From the NCBI RefSeq assembly GCF_947568905.1, contig NC_079173.1, forward strand, positions 33,852,001 to 33,916,000: a stretch of 64,000 nucleotides of DNA. Direction: 5' to 3'. Positions 1 through 13,493 of the stretch are shown one piece after another. The DNA is from Ostrea edulis. Taxonomy: Eukaryota. The notes beneath the pieces are model-generated. The model saw only the letters and a list, made by a program, of their open reading frames with translations, did not search any database and had not been told where the DNA came from. The translations under genes were made by a program, and so were the position numbers. Positions within the stretch are counted from its first letter, which is position 1; every line of letters starts with the position of its first letter.

Positions 1-186
1 TTTTGTAATTGATGTGTAGCACCATAGAGCTCTAAATGATCGACAATCGATCATTGGCGACAATCATTTCATCACTTTGCAACACTATTAGGCACTTTAG
101 CTGATTTAACAAGTACTGATCAATTACTATATTATACTGATAAATTACTATAATATATATAATGATTATAGTTACAGGGGACATAC

Positions 187-1766
187 CACTTGTTATTTTG
201 CGGGTATGGGCCTCCGAAGCCTTGGCAGGGATGTATACAGCTGTTGAAAAGTCATCCAAGTTGGTTTCCAGGGTATGAGGAAGGCAAGTCGAGTCACCAG
301 AGGATGATGATGAAGAGGAATCATGACCTTCAAAGGAGTTGTCGAGGCAGGAGGAGGAGAGGGAACTGTCACTATCCTCCTCACCAAAGTAGATCCCGAT
401 GATCTCCTGGCACAGTGCCTGTTTACTGACTTCAGGCTTGTCCTTCAGGAGAGGAGCACAGTCGTCTGGATCACTGTTGTACCGATTGTTGCTAACCCAG
501 TAAGCTGTGTTCTGCATGGACAGCTGGACATCGGCCGGTGACTTAGAAGAATCTGAAGGGAGATCTGGAATCATACGGGCTGCGGCATTCTCCAGGACTT
601 CTCGATTCAGACTCCGGTTTCGGACTTGAAGGATGGGACTGCGAAGTTTGGACCTGCTCTGTCTTTCACTCTCACTCCTGCGGAGTTTGGGAACAGGCTT
701 TGGAACGACATCTGGCTCGCAGTATGAGATTCTGTTCCTTGGAAGAGAATCATTTGATGCAGTACTCCTACTGGAATTCAGAGAGTCCATGGAATCACTA
801 CCGGTGTGGAAAGATTTGAAAGCACCATCACGGTTTGAAGAAAAGTTAGATGATCCCACTTTAACTGTGGAATTTGGTTGGCCATGGCTCCTGGCATAGG
901 TCGGCAAAGGAGTGACAAGCTGGCGATGAGGCGTTTTCCTGATGACACTCCCATTGGTCTTGATGCGGTTTCCCTTATTTACAGAATTTGTATATACAAT
1001 TGGATTCCTGGACTTTAGAGAAGCAGCAGGAAGAAAGCACTTGTCCTGGGTAAAGAAACTAGAGCACTCATCAAGATCACTGTCGGAGTCTGTGGAGGTA
1101 CTGCGTTGGGATGTTGGAGTAATTGTCCTGGATGTTGATTCCAAGTCTGAATCCGAACCAGAGGAATAATTTGCTTGCACACGATCTTCCAGCTCAGAAT
1201 CACTGGAAGAACCATTACAGGAATCACAACTGCAGGAATCACTAAGTGTGTGGAAGGAGGACGCTGAATTGTCCTGTCTGGAGTTCTCACTTTCCACATC
1301 AGCAGAAGCCGCATTATCGTCTGCATTGCCACCTGGATCCTCCAACAGTGAGTCATCCTCCGGGGAAGCTATCGGGGCACGACCCCGGGACTCCTCCCGG
1401 ATAACGTCTGGAATGTCCGACACTACTCGAGACATGAGACTGGATGATGAGGTGGTGGTGGAGCCTAGTCCACTGTCCAGAGAACTCAGGCTGCTACGAA
1501 TGGATAGATTGTCTCCCTTGGAATCACCGCTGATCAGCGAATCGCTGTCACGGCCTGAGTCAGTGTCTTTAGGAACATCGCCAGGAGTTAGAGGAGTGCT
1601 GTCTTCTCGGAACAACTTGATGTTCTTCTTGCGGAAGCTGGGAATGAAAAGGAGGGTGCGGCGCTTGGTAAGTTTCTTCATCTTGCGCACCTCCTGTTCG
1701 GAGAAGGCTTCTGGGTCATTGGACTTCATTGGCTGGTACTCCTCCGTTGGCTGGTACTCCTCCGTG
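187..1766 (-). CDS. Large internal coding exon of an unidentified Ser-rich, probably disordered protein (gene 1); gene continues beyond the left edge of the window
   Basis: Stop-free reading frame of about 526 codons, GC-richer than its flanks. Acceptor tttgtgtttcag|CACGG at 1767/1766 (phase 2) and donor AAGTG|gtatgt at 187/186. Contains a basic motif KKLTKRRTLLFIPSFRKK and long Ser/Asp tracts. No family recognised. Confidence 0.8.
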
Positions 1767-4700
1767 CTGAAACACAAAATCAGTAGAGCTTACTCATCCT
1801 GTTTACTGATTACCAAAGAATTTACATTTTTAACATTGTTATTGCAACAAGCCCTTGCTTGGTCTGTAAATCCAGATTAATTTTTTTTTTAAAAAGTTCT
1901 TAATTTGGCACTAGGTTTCATAACATGCAAAAAAAAATGTAAACATTGCACTTCACAAAACGCTGCACGTAACATGCAAAACTTTACATACATCTACACT
2001 AAACATGTTTTTCCAACAGACAATATGACTGTTCCTAAAACTTTCAAGTACAAGCTACTGTTATTTTAACATTTTATCAGTTTTAGAATCAACATCTAGA
2101 TAAATTTAGTCCTGTAGACTATACTTAGCTTCAGGCTGGACATTGTAGTGGCCATACAAACTAATTAAGGGCCTGCTGCTATATATAGACAAACAAATGT
2201 TGCTAAACAACCCACACAATGAAGACAGGTTAATAACGTGTACAGGTTTCTTGTTATAACATTTATCATCATTTCCCTTTCCTCTGTCTGCTCATCTTAA
2301 TAGTCACATAATCTCATGGACTAAAGTGGACATTTATCATGTTTATTGGGCGACATTCTATAAATTATAGACGAAATAGAAATCTGCAAGAATCATAATT
2401 TGTTTATCATTGTTCCAAGTCTGCAAACTTGAGCAACAGATTTTTCATGGTCGGTAGCTTCAGTTTCCTTTCTGTTTTTATACTCCCATGTACAATGTAC
2501 TCTACTTGCTTTAATATCGAAATTTGAAAGAAATATATTCATCAGATTAAAGTTCCATCACTGCTTGTTTTGGTACCTCAATTATTCTCTCTCTCTTGTC
2601 CTGACTTGATGTCCTGAAAAACCTGCAGTATTCCCTTTTTACAACATCTCTACAAATACCCATTTGTTCAATGTACCTGCAAGGTTCTTCTTAACAAGCA
2701 CTTGCACTTTGTCTATCAACAGTTTTTGCACCAAGTAAACCCCAGGGCAGTCAATACAACATGCAAAATCGTCTACATACAAACATAGCTCTACATGAAG
2801 TAAAAGTGAGTGTAACATTCTTAATTTCTACTTATCAAGGATCAGACAGAAAGAAATATATATATACTTGTACAATGTTCAAGCTTATTAATTCACTGAT
2901 ACATTTTCAATATCCATGCAATAATTATCAGATTAGAGGGTCATTTTTTCAATCTGATTAAAAATAGCTCTATAAGCTCCTTAGACAGGTCAGATGTTGT
3001 TAGAAGCATAGCGGATTAAAAACAGCTAATTAAAATTAGATTGTAATTTTTATAGATTATTTTGAGATTATTGTAAATTGATTTTAATGATCCATCATAA
3101 AAATGGATGAAAATAATTTTCACTATCATAAACTTAAGCTGAATAGCTGTAAGCAAATTACATGTAGTTCTAAGCTCTGCCTTATTGTCTTTATGTAAAT
3201 TGAAAAGATCAAAGTAAATTAGAATAATAAACATACAAAACAAAGAGTGTAACCTACCCTATCAAAAAGTCATAAAACCATCAAAATGTATTTCCTATCT
3301 ATAAAATATTCCAATCTATAAAAACAAGACTGCCCATAAAACAGTAAGCTTTCTCCTGGTCAAACCTCCACTTTTATCTATATCTGACATACTATGCTTA
3401 AGAAAATTGGAAACTGGTATGAATGACTCCCCCCATGGGTCTGTCATATTTCCCCACCCCCTGTGGAGAGAATCTGTATATTGGGGTGGGAACAGAAAAG
3501 ATAAGATTTCCCCACCCCCTGTGGAGAGAATCTGTATATTGGGGTGGGAACAGAAAAGATCAGATTATTTTTGTATTTTTGTAAATCTTATTTATATGTT
3601 ATGTATATATTTTGATATAGCATCTTAATGGGTTAAAATAGAATGAATTCATACTCTTATCTACACAAAGGGATAAATATTGTAATAACACTGGTTGATT
3701 TTAAGAGCCCCCTCCCCCTCCTCTATACTATACTATATAAAGTGCCTGTCATGACGAATTTTGTGTCTTCACTTCAATATTGAACCTACAGTGTCCTACA
3801 GATAAATTGTCCTGTTATAAACAACCTCATATAAGTACCAGTGCCATCAGTAGATCCTAATTTCAAACACTGTCACTCTCAACACTACAACCTTCCTGCA
3901 AATAATCTGACTTGAAATGAAATGGCAGCCGATCCCTTGTGGGTCTATGACAGTTCCCTATTGATACAGGGTCTGCAGGTATGAGGAGATTATGGGGTGT
4001 GAACAAAACCCTTGAGATCACAGCATTTTAAAAGTAAATTTTCAATGCCCTTAGAAAATAATTTGTCAAAGTCACAATTACTTTTAAAACTCCCAGGTTT
4101 TTACTTGAATTTTTCTGAAAACTGAAGGAGAGATACTTCTACATATATTTAATTTTGATAATATGAATGTTTTTAATCAATTATGGCATATGAATTATAA
4201 ATTCTGTCTGAATCAATCCTAGACCTGTCTCAGTCACGTAACAACCAGTCAGAGCTGAAGTTCTTCATCAATTCTTTAAAGCAGGTATTGAGAAATATAA
4301 AGCCGATTTTGAAACCATCTGAGGATACCATTAACTTTTATATCCGATTCACTCTATTTTAAAATGAATTTGATCCTAAAAAGGAAGATGTTTCATCTTC
4401 TTAAAAGGCAAGTCAATTATTTGCGACATCTTCCATGTACAACTACACATAACCTTAATGGAAATTGACCTTTGACCACAATATATTGGGAAGCATGAAT
4501 ATTCAAAAACTCATTTTTCATGTATTCAAAAATGTTGATTTTTCCCACACCAATAGGTGAAAAATACTCATTTACTGTTCAAATAGACACATTAGTACAA
4601 CACTGCTCTACATACAAAAACAGGGTACACATTACATATACATGTATAATCGTGGAAAGACTATCCTAAACTACATGTTAATATAATTATTTCATACAAT

Positions 4701-4799
4701 GCCATGACACATGACACCCTGTTTCAGGACCATGACACAATGAAGCACATCCATCCATCTTAGCAGTTAATATATAAAATATAAAATAATAATTTTTAC

Positions 4800-4950
4800 C
4801 TTAGGGAAGCCCCACCTTTCACCTCAGAAATAGCAATTTGCCCTTTCTCATGCTCACCCTCTCTCCTAGTTACTTTCCCTGTCATTAATCCCCCCTTCTT
4901 TTTCTGTTTGGACTTGTGGCCACTTGATTTTTTATCATCCATACTTTGTA
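4800..4950 (-). CDS. Possible upstream exon of gene 1 (…MDDKKSSGHKSKQKKKGG…GASL)
   Basis: Open frame ends CTA AG|gtaaaa at 4800, phase 2, which matches the phase-2 acceptor at 1766. No convincing acceptor found, so the 5' boundary is approximate. Confidence 0.35.
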
Positions 4951-5631
4951 TGACTTTGTTGTAATGGCAGACTTCACATGTACACATTATATAAGAAGAT
5001 CAATCTAAGTATTATTCAGAACTCAAAGAGTAATCATATAGGCACTAAATTAACATTTAATTAGTTAATGCAGTACTTACAAACACAGGGGGAGCCTGTC
5101 CAGTATAAACTTCATTATTAACAACCAATTAAAACACCATCCCACACTTTTTGACACTTTGAATATAATCAATTAGCAGTTAAAACTGATGTACAGGGGG
5201 ACTGGTTGACACTTGAAAGGGGATTCATTTGGACCAACCAGAAGCTGTGATTTTGCTACTACCCCTCAGATAGACCAATCAGGGACTGTGTATCCCCATT
5301 TACCTGTACAGGGGAATGTTGTTTTAACAATTAGCAATCCAGAGCTCCCCATTAATACCCTAACTTCTGTATAGATTGATTGGAGGGGCCTACTGCCACA
5401 AGTATCCAGGTATACAGTTCCCCACAGGTAAAACAAGAATACTCCAGATATAAATTAATATTTTCAAATTCAATGACACAAATACTTGTGATGAATACAT
5501 AAACTGCTTAATTATAGAATTAGGATGGTAGTTGTTAATGATATCAATAACAAATTTATAAAACTATGATGAAAGAGGACTGATTGGAGTATTGGTATCA
5601 AGTCATATTACACATGATATAATGGTTATAA

Positions 5632-5953
5632 GGCCAAGTAAAATTAATTAGTAGATTATCATTCAAACTTCACAAAAAAATGGTGGGAGATCTTATTTTT
5701 TATTATTTATTTTTCGCCATGGTATTCTTGACCTCGAAAATGCCTTCTCTCATTGAGAAAAGGCTTTATAAATCATAATTACATGTGTATTTGGGTTTCT
5801 AAAAGGCAAAGTGAAACAAAGTACGTTTACGATACCGAACCGGACATAAAAATATCCGGAAATCGTAATTTTGAAAAATAAAAAAAAATCGGGGCGGGGC
5901 GATTTTCGAGGGGCGGGCGGGAATGATAATCTACTAATTAATTTTACTTGGCC
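5632..5953. mobile_element. PIF/Harbinger-type (Tourist-like) MITE
   Basis: TIR of about 33 bp (GGCCAAGTAAAATTAATTAGTAGATTATCATT) at both ends, flanked by a TAA duplication (5629-31 and 5954-56). Confidence 0.8.
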
Positions 5954-6839
5954 TAACCAATAATAATCTACACATTTCTATACTTTTAAATTTAATTGTG
6001 TTTTCATTGTATACATATTACTTATATGTACTAATTTATCATTTAATGTCTAAAGTTTGAATCTTTCAAATTTATAATTATAATTAATTAATTATATAAT
6101 TAATGTAAACTATTTGTAGATGTGACTTGATATAAATAATAAGAGATCTTTATATTGGTAAACTGTTTGCTCTTTCTTACATAGATCTCTAGTTTACATA
6201 TTATCCTAGTTATGGTGTACCTACAGAAGCCTGCCCCCCTGGGGATTAATGTACCTGTTTATTCCAGGTACACAGGGTGACACCTGTTCCATTAAGGTAA
6301 AATAGGTGTCAATCTTACACCTATTGACTACCTTACACATGTAATTAGAAATCTCTTATACTAACAATCAAATTGACATGTTGATTAGTGTTTAAACACA
6401 AAAATAACATGATCATGAATTAGAAAAATAGGAGTGACTAACATCATGCAAAACAGGTTCCCTTTATTCTGCTGCTCCAGACAGTATAATATTAGTCATC
6501 ATTGATGGGGAATGAGGAACCAGTTTTCACTACCAGGTTCATTTGTTTAATATATCAGGTGGGGACAAGAAACATTGGTGCACGCACCAAAGTTATGGGC
6601 CGAACAAATTTCCAAGAGAGTATCATTGTTTCCATAAACTAAAACTGTCTCGTAAACATATTGATTGGACAAGTGTCCAAATTCGACCCATTAACATACA
6701 AAATGAACAGTAATCTTTTACTCCTTAAAGATCTGTGAACTACGTGTATGTCCAGTAGGCAAAGGTTCTCCAGTGGACTTTTTTAAAGAGCAGTCTGAAC
6801 CTTAACCTTAAACCATTGTGACCTCAGAATAATGTGTTT

Positions 6840-6985
6840 ATATGCTGCTTTACGTCTCATTCTCGAATTTTTCACTCTTATAGAGACGTCACCTTCGGGC
6901 GAATTGAGCAGTGAGGGTTCTTTATCGTGCTAACGCCTATCGTGACACAGGACCATGGCTTACAAGCCTCATCTGAATGACCTAA
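6840..6985 (-). mobile_element. Degraded SINE fragment
   Basis: Shares the gagacgtcacc and gagcagtgagggttctttatcgtgc blocks with the SINE copies at 14252 and 30888. Confidence 0.55.
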
Positions 6986-7577
6986 AAATAATAGATATGG
7001 GTTATTCTGCTCCTTGGATGTTATAAGTTTGATGAATATTTACAATGTTCATTATTGGAAAATATTGAGCTTTTATCACTTGAATATATTAAGCAAACAT
7101 TTTCTAATGTGCAAAATAATTCAACCAATGACTGTTGCATGAATACTGCATTAATTTAATTTCACACTTTCCATATTAAAACTGTGACATTTAATTTGGG
7201 TTATCCAAATATCATAACCTTTCGCTATGAAATAAATCAGATTTATTCAAGATTGAAAATTTTATTGGCACAACCTGTGACAATATTTAACAAAATAGTA
7301 TAATGCAATAATCAAAACATTCTTTAGCACCCTTGGAATTATGCATTTTTCAAAACAAAACAAAAATGACGCCACCTCTATAAATAGGTCAGCAGATAAG
7401 CGCACGTGACCTGTGTGTTACACAAAAAAAACAACAACAACAACAACAAAAAAACCAAAAAACAAATGTTTAAAAAACACCACCGAATTACTTTACATAC
7501 AAAATGAAAACGTATCATGATAATCAGTAATCCAACTTAAAAAAAAAATACACACTCATCCCGCAGAAACTCATACG

Positions 7578-7612
<35 letters not shown>

Positions 7613-10371
7613 TGTGCCGGCCCATAATGAAATTCTGGCAAGAAAAGTTCTCTGTTAAATTCTTATCAGGGGTCTATGAAAAAATTTGGCCCTTGTCAAA
7701 ATAAAGATTATTTTTAAACATAATACTTTTCCTAAAGGCTTACATTTTGTGATTTTATTATCATATTGTATAAAATAGACTGTTTACGACGAAGGGGGGG
7801 GGGGGGGTATTGTACTATATCTTCATTGGGGATTATGTACTGCACTAGACACAAATAATATTGCACTATATCTTCATTGGACTAGATAGTAAGACTGAAA
7901 CAATTCACAGAAATATTGATACTGTTCTCAATATAAACGTTCAATTTCAATGTTTTATTCATTCTGACTCAATTTTCTGTTCATCAGGCTCAGCCGTACT
8001 TATTATTTTTACCCGGATAGGGAACAAAATAGTGTCAAATAACGTTCAGACTGTTGTTTACCTTGAGTCTGATGAAAATAATAATGCACTTTATTGGTTT
8101 GAACTACAGAGCCAACACGTATCTTATCATTTGGCAGTTTGGAAACATTTTGCTTTTTGATAAGATTTTGAATGTGAATCTTGGTAATTAAATTTTTCTT
8201 CAATGTTAATATTGGTTTCTTCTGTAAATTGTATTGTATTGAGAGTATTGAATTGTGGCATTTAAGTATTACAATACGTATTGTATCATGAAGGAGGCGT
8301 ATCGTTTCAGCCCTACTAGATGGAGATAATATAATTAATAAATGTGCACAGAAATTTATATCAATCATGCCTATAGATCACTCACTAACACATTTATTTA
8401 GCATACAACCTGATAGTGAAAGTTGATAACAAGTGTTTAATCAAGCAAAGAGAGCATTTCCTGCTTAAGCAGATTAGATGGGAGATTTCTGTAGTTGTCA
8501 ACTCAGCATGCATTGTTATTATAACTTACAATTATAGACCTACAGGATTTAAATATTTTTTATGGATACAACTGTCACGAAATTGTCAAAGTTCATACAA
8601 TATAAATACATCAGCAAGTTCTCCACAGAGGGAACAGCACCCCACCCCCCTTTTTTTTAATCTGGTGCCCAAAGCCCATTTAGCAATCCATTTGATGCTC
8701 TGCCCCCAACCAAGTTTCGCCTTGACATATCTGTGAAATAAAATGGTGATATGTCTGTGTTTCAGTATGGTGACCAGTTCTATAGATCTCTATTGTTTAA
8801 TCAGTACTCCAGTGCACTGCTTCACCACACACCACTGGTCAACAGGAGAAAACAAAGTGGTCTTTCACAGGAACTGTTCATAAACAGCAATTATTTTGAA
8901 GAGTTTTTTTGTCCTTCTTCCAAGGTAAAATAACTGTCTATCAATTACCTTAATGGACAATTAAACTATCACAGAGAACATTTAATATGTAAACATGATT
9001 GCTGTAATCATCTCATGTTTGTTTTGGAATATTTTCTTTATAAACTGTGTCATTATGATGTATTTTATTGATGAGCTGTATAGCTTAAAGTTAATGAAGA
9101 ATTGAGTATCTAAAAGACCCTAAAAAATATTCTATATTCTGTAAACATAAGAGATTTTCAAGTCTAATATATCGCCTTAGGCATATAATGTGCTGTGCAT
9201 AGAAAAATCACAAGAGTGACCACTCTAGGTCTGTACATGTCATAATATAGAATGGAAATGAATTACAAATTCAAATCATTGAGACAAAATAAAAATCTTT
9301 TAAAGAGTGTAATTTTTAGTCTAAATCATTTTTTCCATTGATATGTATACATAATATAGGGATTAGTTAGCAGCTACAAATGTTCATCTCCAGAACTGTT
9401 CTGTGGATATTTTAGTAGACATTCACAATGTTCATCTCCAGAACTGTTCTGTGGATATTTTAACAGACATTCACAAATGTCTATATAATATTGTACATAC
9501 TGTAGAAGATTTCCAATTTTTTTAACACTGTAAGTATATATGATAATGAATATTCAATAATTTTATAATAATGATGACTCAACAATATTGTACATGCTAT
9601 TAGTCTTTATAGTATTATAGCTATTCAAAGAAGAAAAAGTAACCAACGTCAAGTGTGAATTTCTTGTATGATAATGAGAGGAAACGAATGTCTTTCCAAG
9701 ATTAAATGGTTAAATTTCTTTTGATCATGTTAATGTAAATTAGACCACAGACATACTATTTGAAATAGGAAGGGGGTCTTTGGGAGTCATTACTTTTGTC
9801 TCGCGCCTTTACAAACGCTACTGATGATAATCATAATGGCTGTGTTAAAAATAATTCCGAGATTTTCATTAAACATTGATAAATGTAATGACTAAATTAG
9901 CCTATTTGACGCATCTTTTCACTGTCTCAACCAAAATATAAAAGATCATAAAAATCATAATTTTCGGTTAGATTCTATACATTGCAAACAGCAGCCCTAG
10001 ATTTACAAATCAGTAACCCCCAGTAGCTAGGTGGTAGTGAATGTCGCACAGTAGCCCGAGTAGGCTAGACGATTGTTACAATCAACAATGTACATCACAT
10101 CACACATACAGCACTAATATTTATATTGTGTATACTTTATATAAATAAAACAACATGTGGAAATACTTCATAAAACATATTTTCAATTTATTTATCTTTT
10201 ACTGCAGTGCATATATCGCATCATCAGCTCGCTAAAGCATCATGTAGTTGAACCCTTTGTTTTACCACGTGCTAACATTCCCGATTTAATGTGTATGACC
10301 TTGATACAAATGAAAATATATGAAGTAATGATAAAAAAGGATGGTATATCTAAGTAAAATTATGTTCTTAC

Positions 10372-10437
10372 CGTATAAATTCATTCTGGAAGTCCGCGGT
10401 TTTCTTTCGAGAAATGTTTGTTTTCTTTCGGAGCCAT
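10372..10437 (-). CDS. Candidate first exon of gene 1
   Basis: CpG-rich patch with strong donor TACG|gtaaga at 10372/10371. An ATG at 10437 reads MAPKENKHFSKENRGLPE* and its stop overlaps a second ATG at 10384 (MNLY, phase 1). Linkage to gene 1 is inferred. Confidence 0.3.
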
Positions 10438-10670
10438 TCAAATTTCGCGTCCATACCCACAATGCATCAGCACTAATCTACGGGCGGTAACCGTGCCTTT
10501 GTTCGCATGTATAATTTTAAGATAATCTCGCTGATCAAATAAATGATTGCACAATCAATTGTCGAACACAGTACTTTTGATGTTCTTTTACATGAATGAC
10601 TTATCACTACGCACTGGGGGAAAAACAACAACTTTGATTTCAATGGTGTTTTTCTAGTCACTGCTAACGT

Positions 10671-10992
10671 CAGGGCCGTAAATTACATGGAGGCGGAGGA
10701 GGCAGCTGCCTCCTCCAACTTTTGAGCCAAAAAAAATTAAAATTTAAAGTTCATTTGAATTTATGTTGTTTCCAATAACTAAGAACATGATACCTCCCTT
10801 AAAAAGCATTCCAAATCTTTCTTTTAGAATGAGTTAGTCAAGTAACATCTTAGAAGGCCCTAGAATCAAGGATTTTGCACGAAACGTGTTCAGTGTGCAC
10901 AAAATGTGCTCAGCGTCTGGGGGCCTGGGCGGCCCCCAGACCCCCGCCTAATTTCCTGCCTCCTCCAAATTGAAGGTTAATTTACGGCCCTG
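10671..10992. mobile_element. Non-autonomous DNA transposon (MITE) with CAGGG termini and 5-bp TSD (hAT5-like)
   Basis: Perfect 15-bp TIR CAGGGCCGTAAATTA; AACGT duplicated at 10666-70 and 10993-97. Confidence 0.8.
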
Positions 10993-11508
10993 AACGTCGA
11001 ATTAAAACAAACACCTAGGCTAGTAATTAAATGCAGTAAGAAATTCAATAAATGAATACTAATATAAAGCTGGTACATGTGCCTTTAAAAAACTTTAAAA
11101 ATTAAAGAAATTCGATTATCTTCGTGAAAAAATTCATTGGACATGTAGGCTACATCAAAATCTGCTTTACGTCTATGCTCAAAATGTCAGTATATTACAA
11201 TTAGTTACTGTCACCATTTGATCATTTTCTTTCTTTCTTTTCTTTTTTGTCCCCCCCCCCCTACTTGTCGCCACTGATTCGTTAGACTAGAAATTTTAAC
11301 TTTATACCGCAAGAGTTTTAAACTATTTCTTTTGTATCGATAAATGTCAAAATATTGAACAGGTTCGTTACTGCCAATTAAATATATGAAAAAATATACG
11401 CATCCATTGTTTGAAATCCTCTACGAATATATGAGCCCACTTGCTGCCATCGAGAATTAGGTACTAGTACCGTTCATAGATACATGTACTCCCCGTTTAA
11501 TCTAGATA

Positions 11509-12277
11509 GGTATTCACGGACGGATCAGCCACAAATGCAATAAAAAACGGAAGGGCTGGTATATACATCCAATATCCAAATGGAGAGCGACAATCTGAAG
11601 CAATACCAACAGGCTTGCATTGTTCCAACTACAAAGCTGAAGAAAAAGCCATCAGACATGCTGCACATACCATCACAGACAAAGTCAATATCACAATTCC
11701 AGTTGTTTTCCTTACAGATGCTCTTGTCTGTATTACAGGGCTTGACAAACAACAAGCTACCATCACTAGAACAGGCGCTATTTAACATTCAAAGTCGCAT
11801 AACAGTGCTACAATGGATCCCTTCGCACTGTGGAGTCTATGGTAATGAACAAGCTGACATTCTCGCAAAACAAGGTGCTGGACAACAACAGGAGGAAACC
11901 CCAGTCTGCCTTGCAGAGATGAAAACCATAATCAAATCTCTGTACAGAAAATCCAAACATCAAGACAGTTACCACCATCTGTCGAGACCTGAACAAACCG
12001 TCATATTCAGACTGAGGACAGGACACAATAGACTAAACAAACATCTGAACAGAGTGATGAAAGTGGTACCATCCCGAATGTGTCCCTGTGGTGAGGCAGA
12101 ACAAGATACAACACATATTCTACAGACATGCAAGAACCATCAGACATTGAGATAAAGGATATGGCCATTACCAACAACCATCCAGGAAAAGCTATTTGGA
12201 ACAGTGGAGGACTTACAGAAGATCACCAGATTCGTAGAGGAAGCAGAAATCCAAGTGTAGAGACGAACGACAAGAAG
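11509..12277 (+). mobile_element. 5'-truncated non-LTR retrotransposon: RNase H domain plus C-terminal CCHC region (I-group like), pseudogenised
   Basis: VFTDGSATNAIKNGRAG at about 11510, NYKAE, FLTDA, a 1-nt frameshift near 11725, then QWIPSHCGVYGNEQADILAK, RLRTGH and CPCG…HILQTC. Premature TAA at 12153 with the frame continuing to 12260. Ends in caagaag; near-TSD ATCTAGATA / ATCTCGATA. Confidence 0.88.
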
Positions 12278-13111
12278 ATCTCGATATGGAAACTTGGGGA
12301 ATGATTGTATTATTATTTCTATGCAGCCATTTATGATTACAATTTGTCCAATTTTTTTGAAATTCTAAAACTTAGGCCTAGTTTTCGTTCTAATTTATAA
12401 CATTGTTAAGGGTGTTACACGTTGATTTTTGTGTTAGTATGCAAAGCAAAATAAGATTCACGTATTTGTAGAAATGAATTGTTACTATGTTCAACTTGTA
12501 TCTATAGACATTTTGTATGATATCTAATTTGGTACATAATAATTCAGTATCTGCAGGGTGACGGGGAGGGTGACAGAGTGACGGGGGGGGGGGGTGATAG
12601 GTGACGGGGAGGATGAAGGGGTGATGGGGAGGTGAAAAGGATAGTGATGGAGGTTGCCCCCTCCTTTAACTGAACATTTAAAAAACAAAAAAATGTCATT
12701 TTGCAGTTTACAATCACCCTTTGGGCAATACCGAGTCTTAACACGTATGCCAGAGCCCCCCTTCTCTCACTTTCTCTCTCTCTCTCTCTCTTTCTCGATC
12801 TCCCTCCCCCAAACCTACTAAGTGATGACGTCCTCACAATGTGTAGAAGAGAATACACACATATTATTCTAAAGGCAAAAAAGTACTATGTTAGGTATAG
12901 CTATAGGGATACCTATATAAGTTTATATAATACTCTCTTTCGAATTATGAAAAAGGGTTTTTGAGAAAGAATATTAGTAAGGACATGTCCTCACATCACT
13001 TGTCCTCACTAAGCTAATATTTTGTATCTACATCTTTCACATGTTGTAGATCACATTTAATGAGGGCGTAATTGTGAGGACATTTTTTTTGTCACAGTGC
13101 AATTTTGTCCT

Positions 13112-13149
<38 letters not shown>

Positions 13150-13493
13150 AAAACCTGTTACGTGAGGACGTCCTCACAATGTCTAAGAGAGAATATACCC
13201 ATATCTTATTGTAAAAGCAAAATAAGAAATGTCCCTATTTCAGAATTATGATGTTCCTATATGGTGTACTTCTGTCCTAGGGACGCAGGCTAAATGGTCA
13301 AGGAAATACATATAATTATATCAATTTCTTCTTTAATTGTATCATTTCTAAATTCATAAAACATCATATTATAATTATAGATATTGTCACACAACAAACA
13401 ATGAGAATAACTTTTACATATACAAATACACACACTTTGTAATCGTTATTTACAGATTTCTTAGAAGAAGCATTGCACGTGATATCTAATCAT

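Noticed and set aside
190-1880. Plus-strand ORFs overlapping the Ser-rich exon (including 210 aa at 1248-1880)
   Set aside because: Antisense shadows of a real coding exon.
2569-2605. 37-nt candidate micro-exon (tttttcag|GACATC…TTGAG|gtacc)
   Set aside because: It is open only from phase 2 to phase 0, which does not fit the phase-2 acceptor of the large exon without another unseen exon.
3450-3560. Two-copy local duplications (also about 9375-9475 and 59630-59690)
   Set aside because: Ordinary slippage duplications with no junction or coding association that I could support.
7602-7625. Perfect 10-bp GC hairpin as a Helitron 3' end or terminator
   Set aside because: No downstream CTRR end or U-tract; isolated.
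8009-8368. Possible gene 1 exon near 8082-8222 (acceptor tttacag, donor CAAG|gtaaac)
   Set aside because: The splice signals are plausible, but the open frame enters in phase 0 and I could not build a consistent chain with neighbouring candidates.
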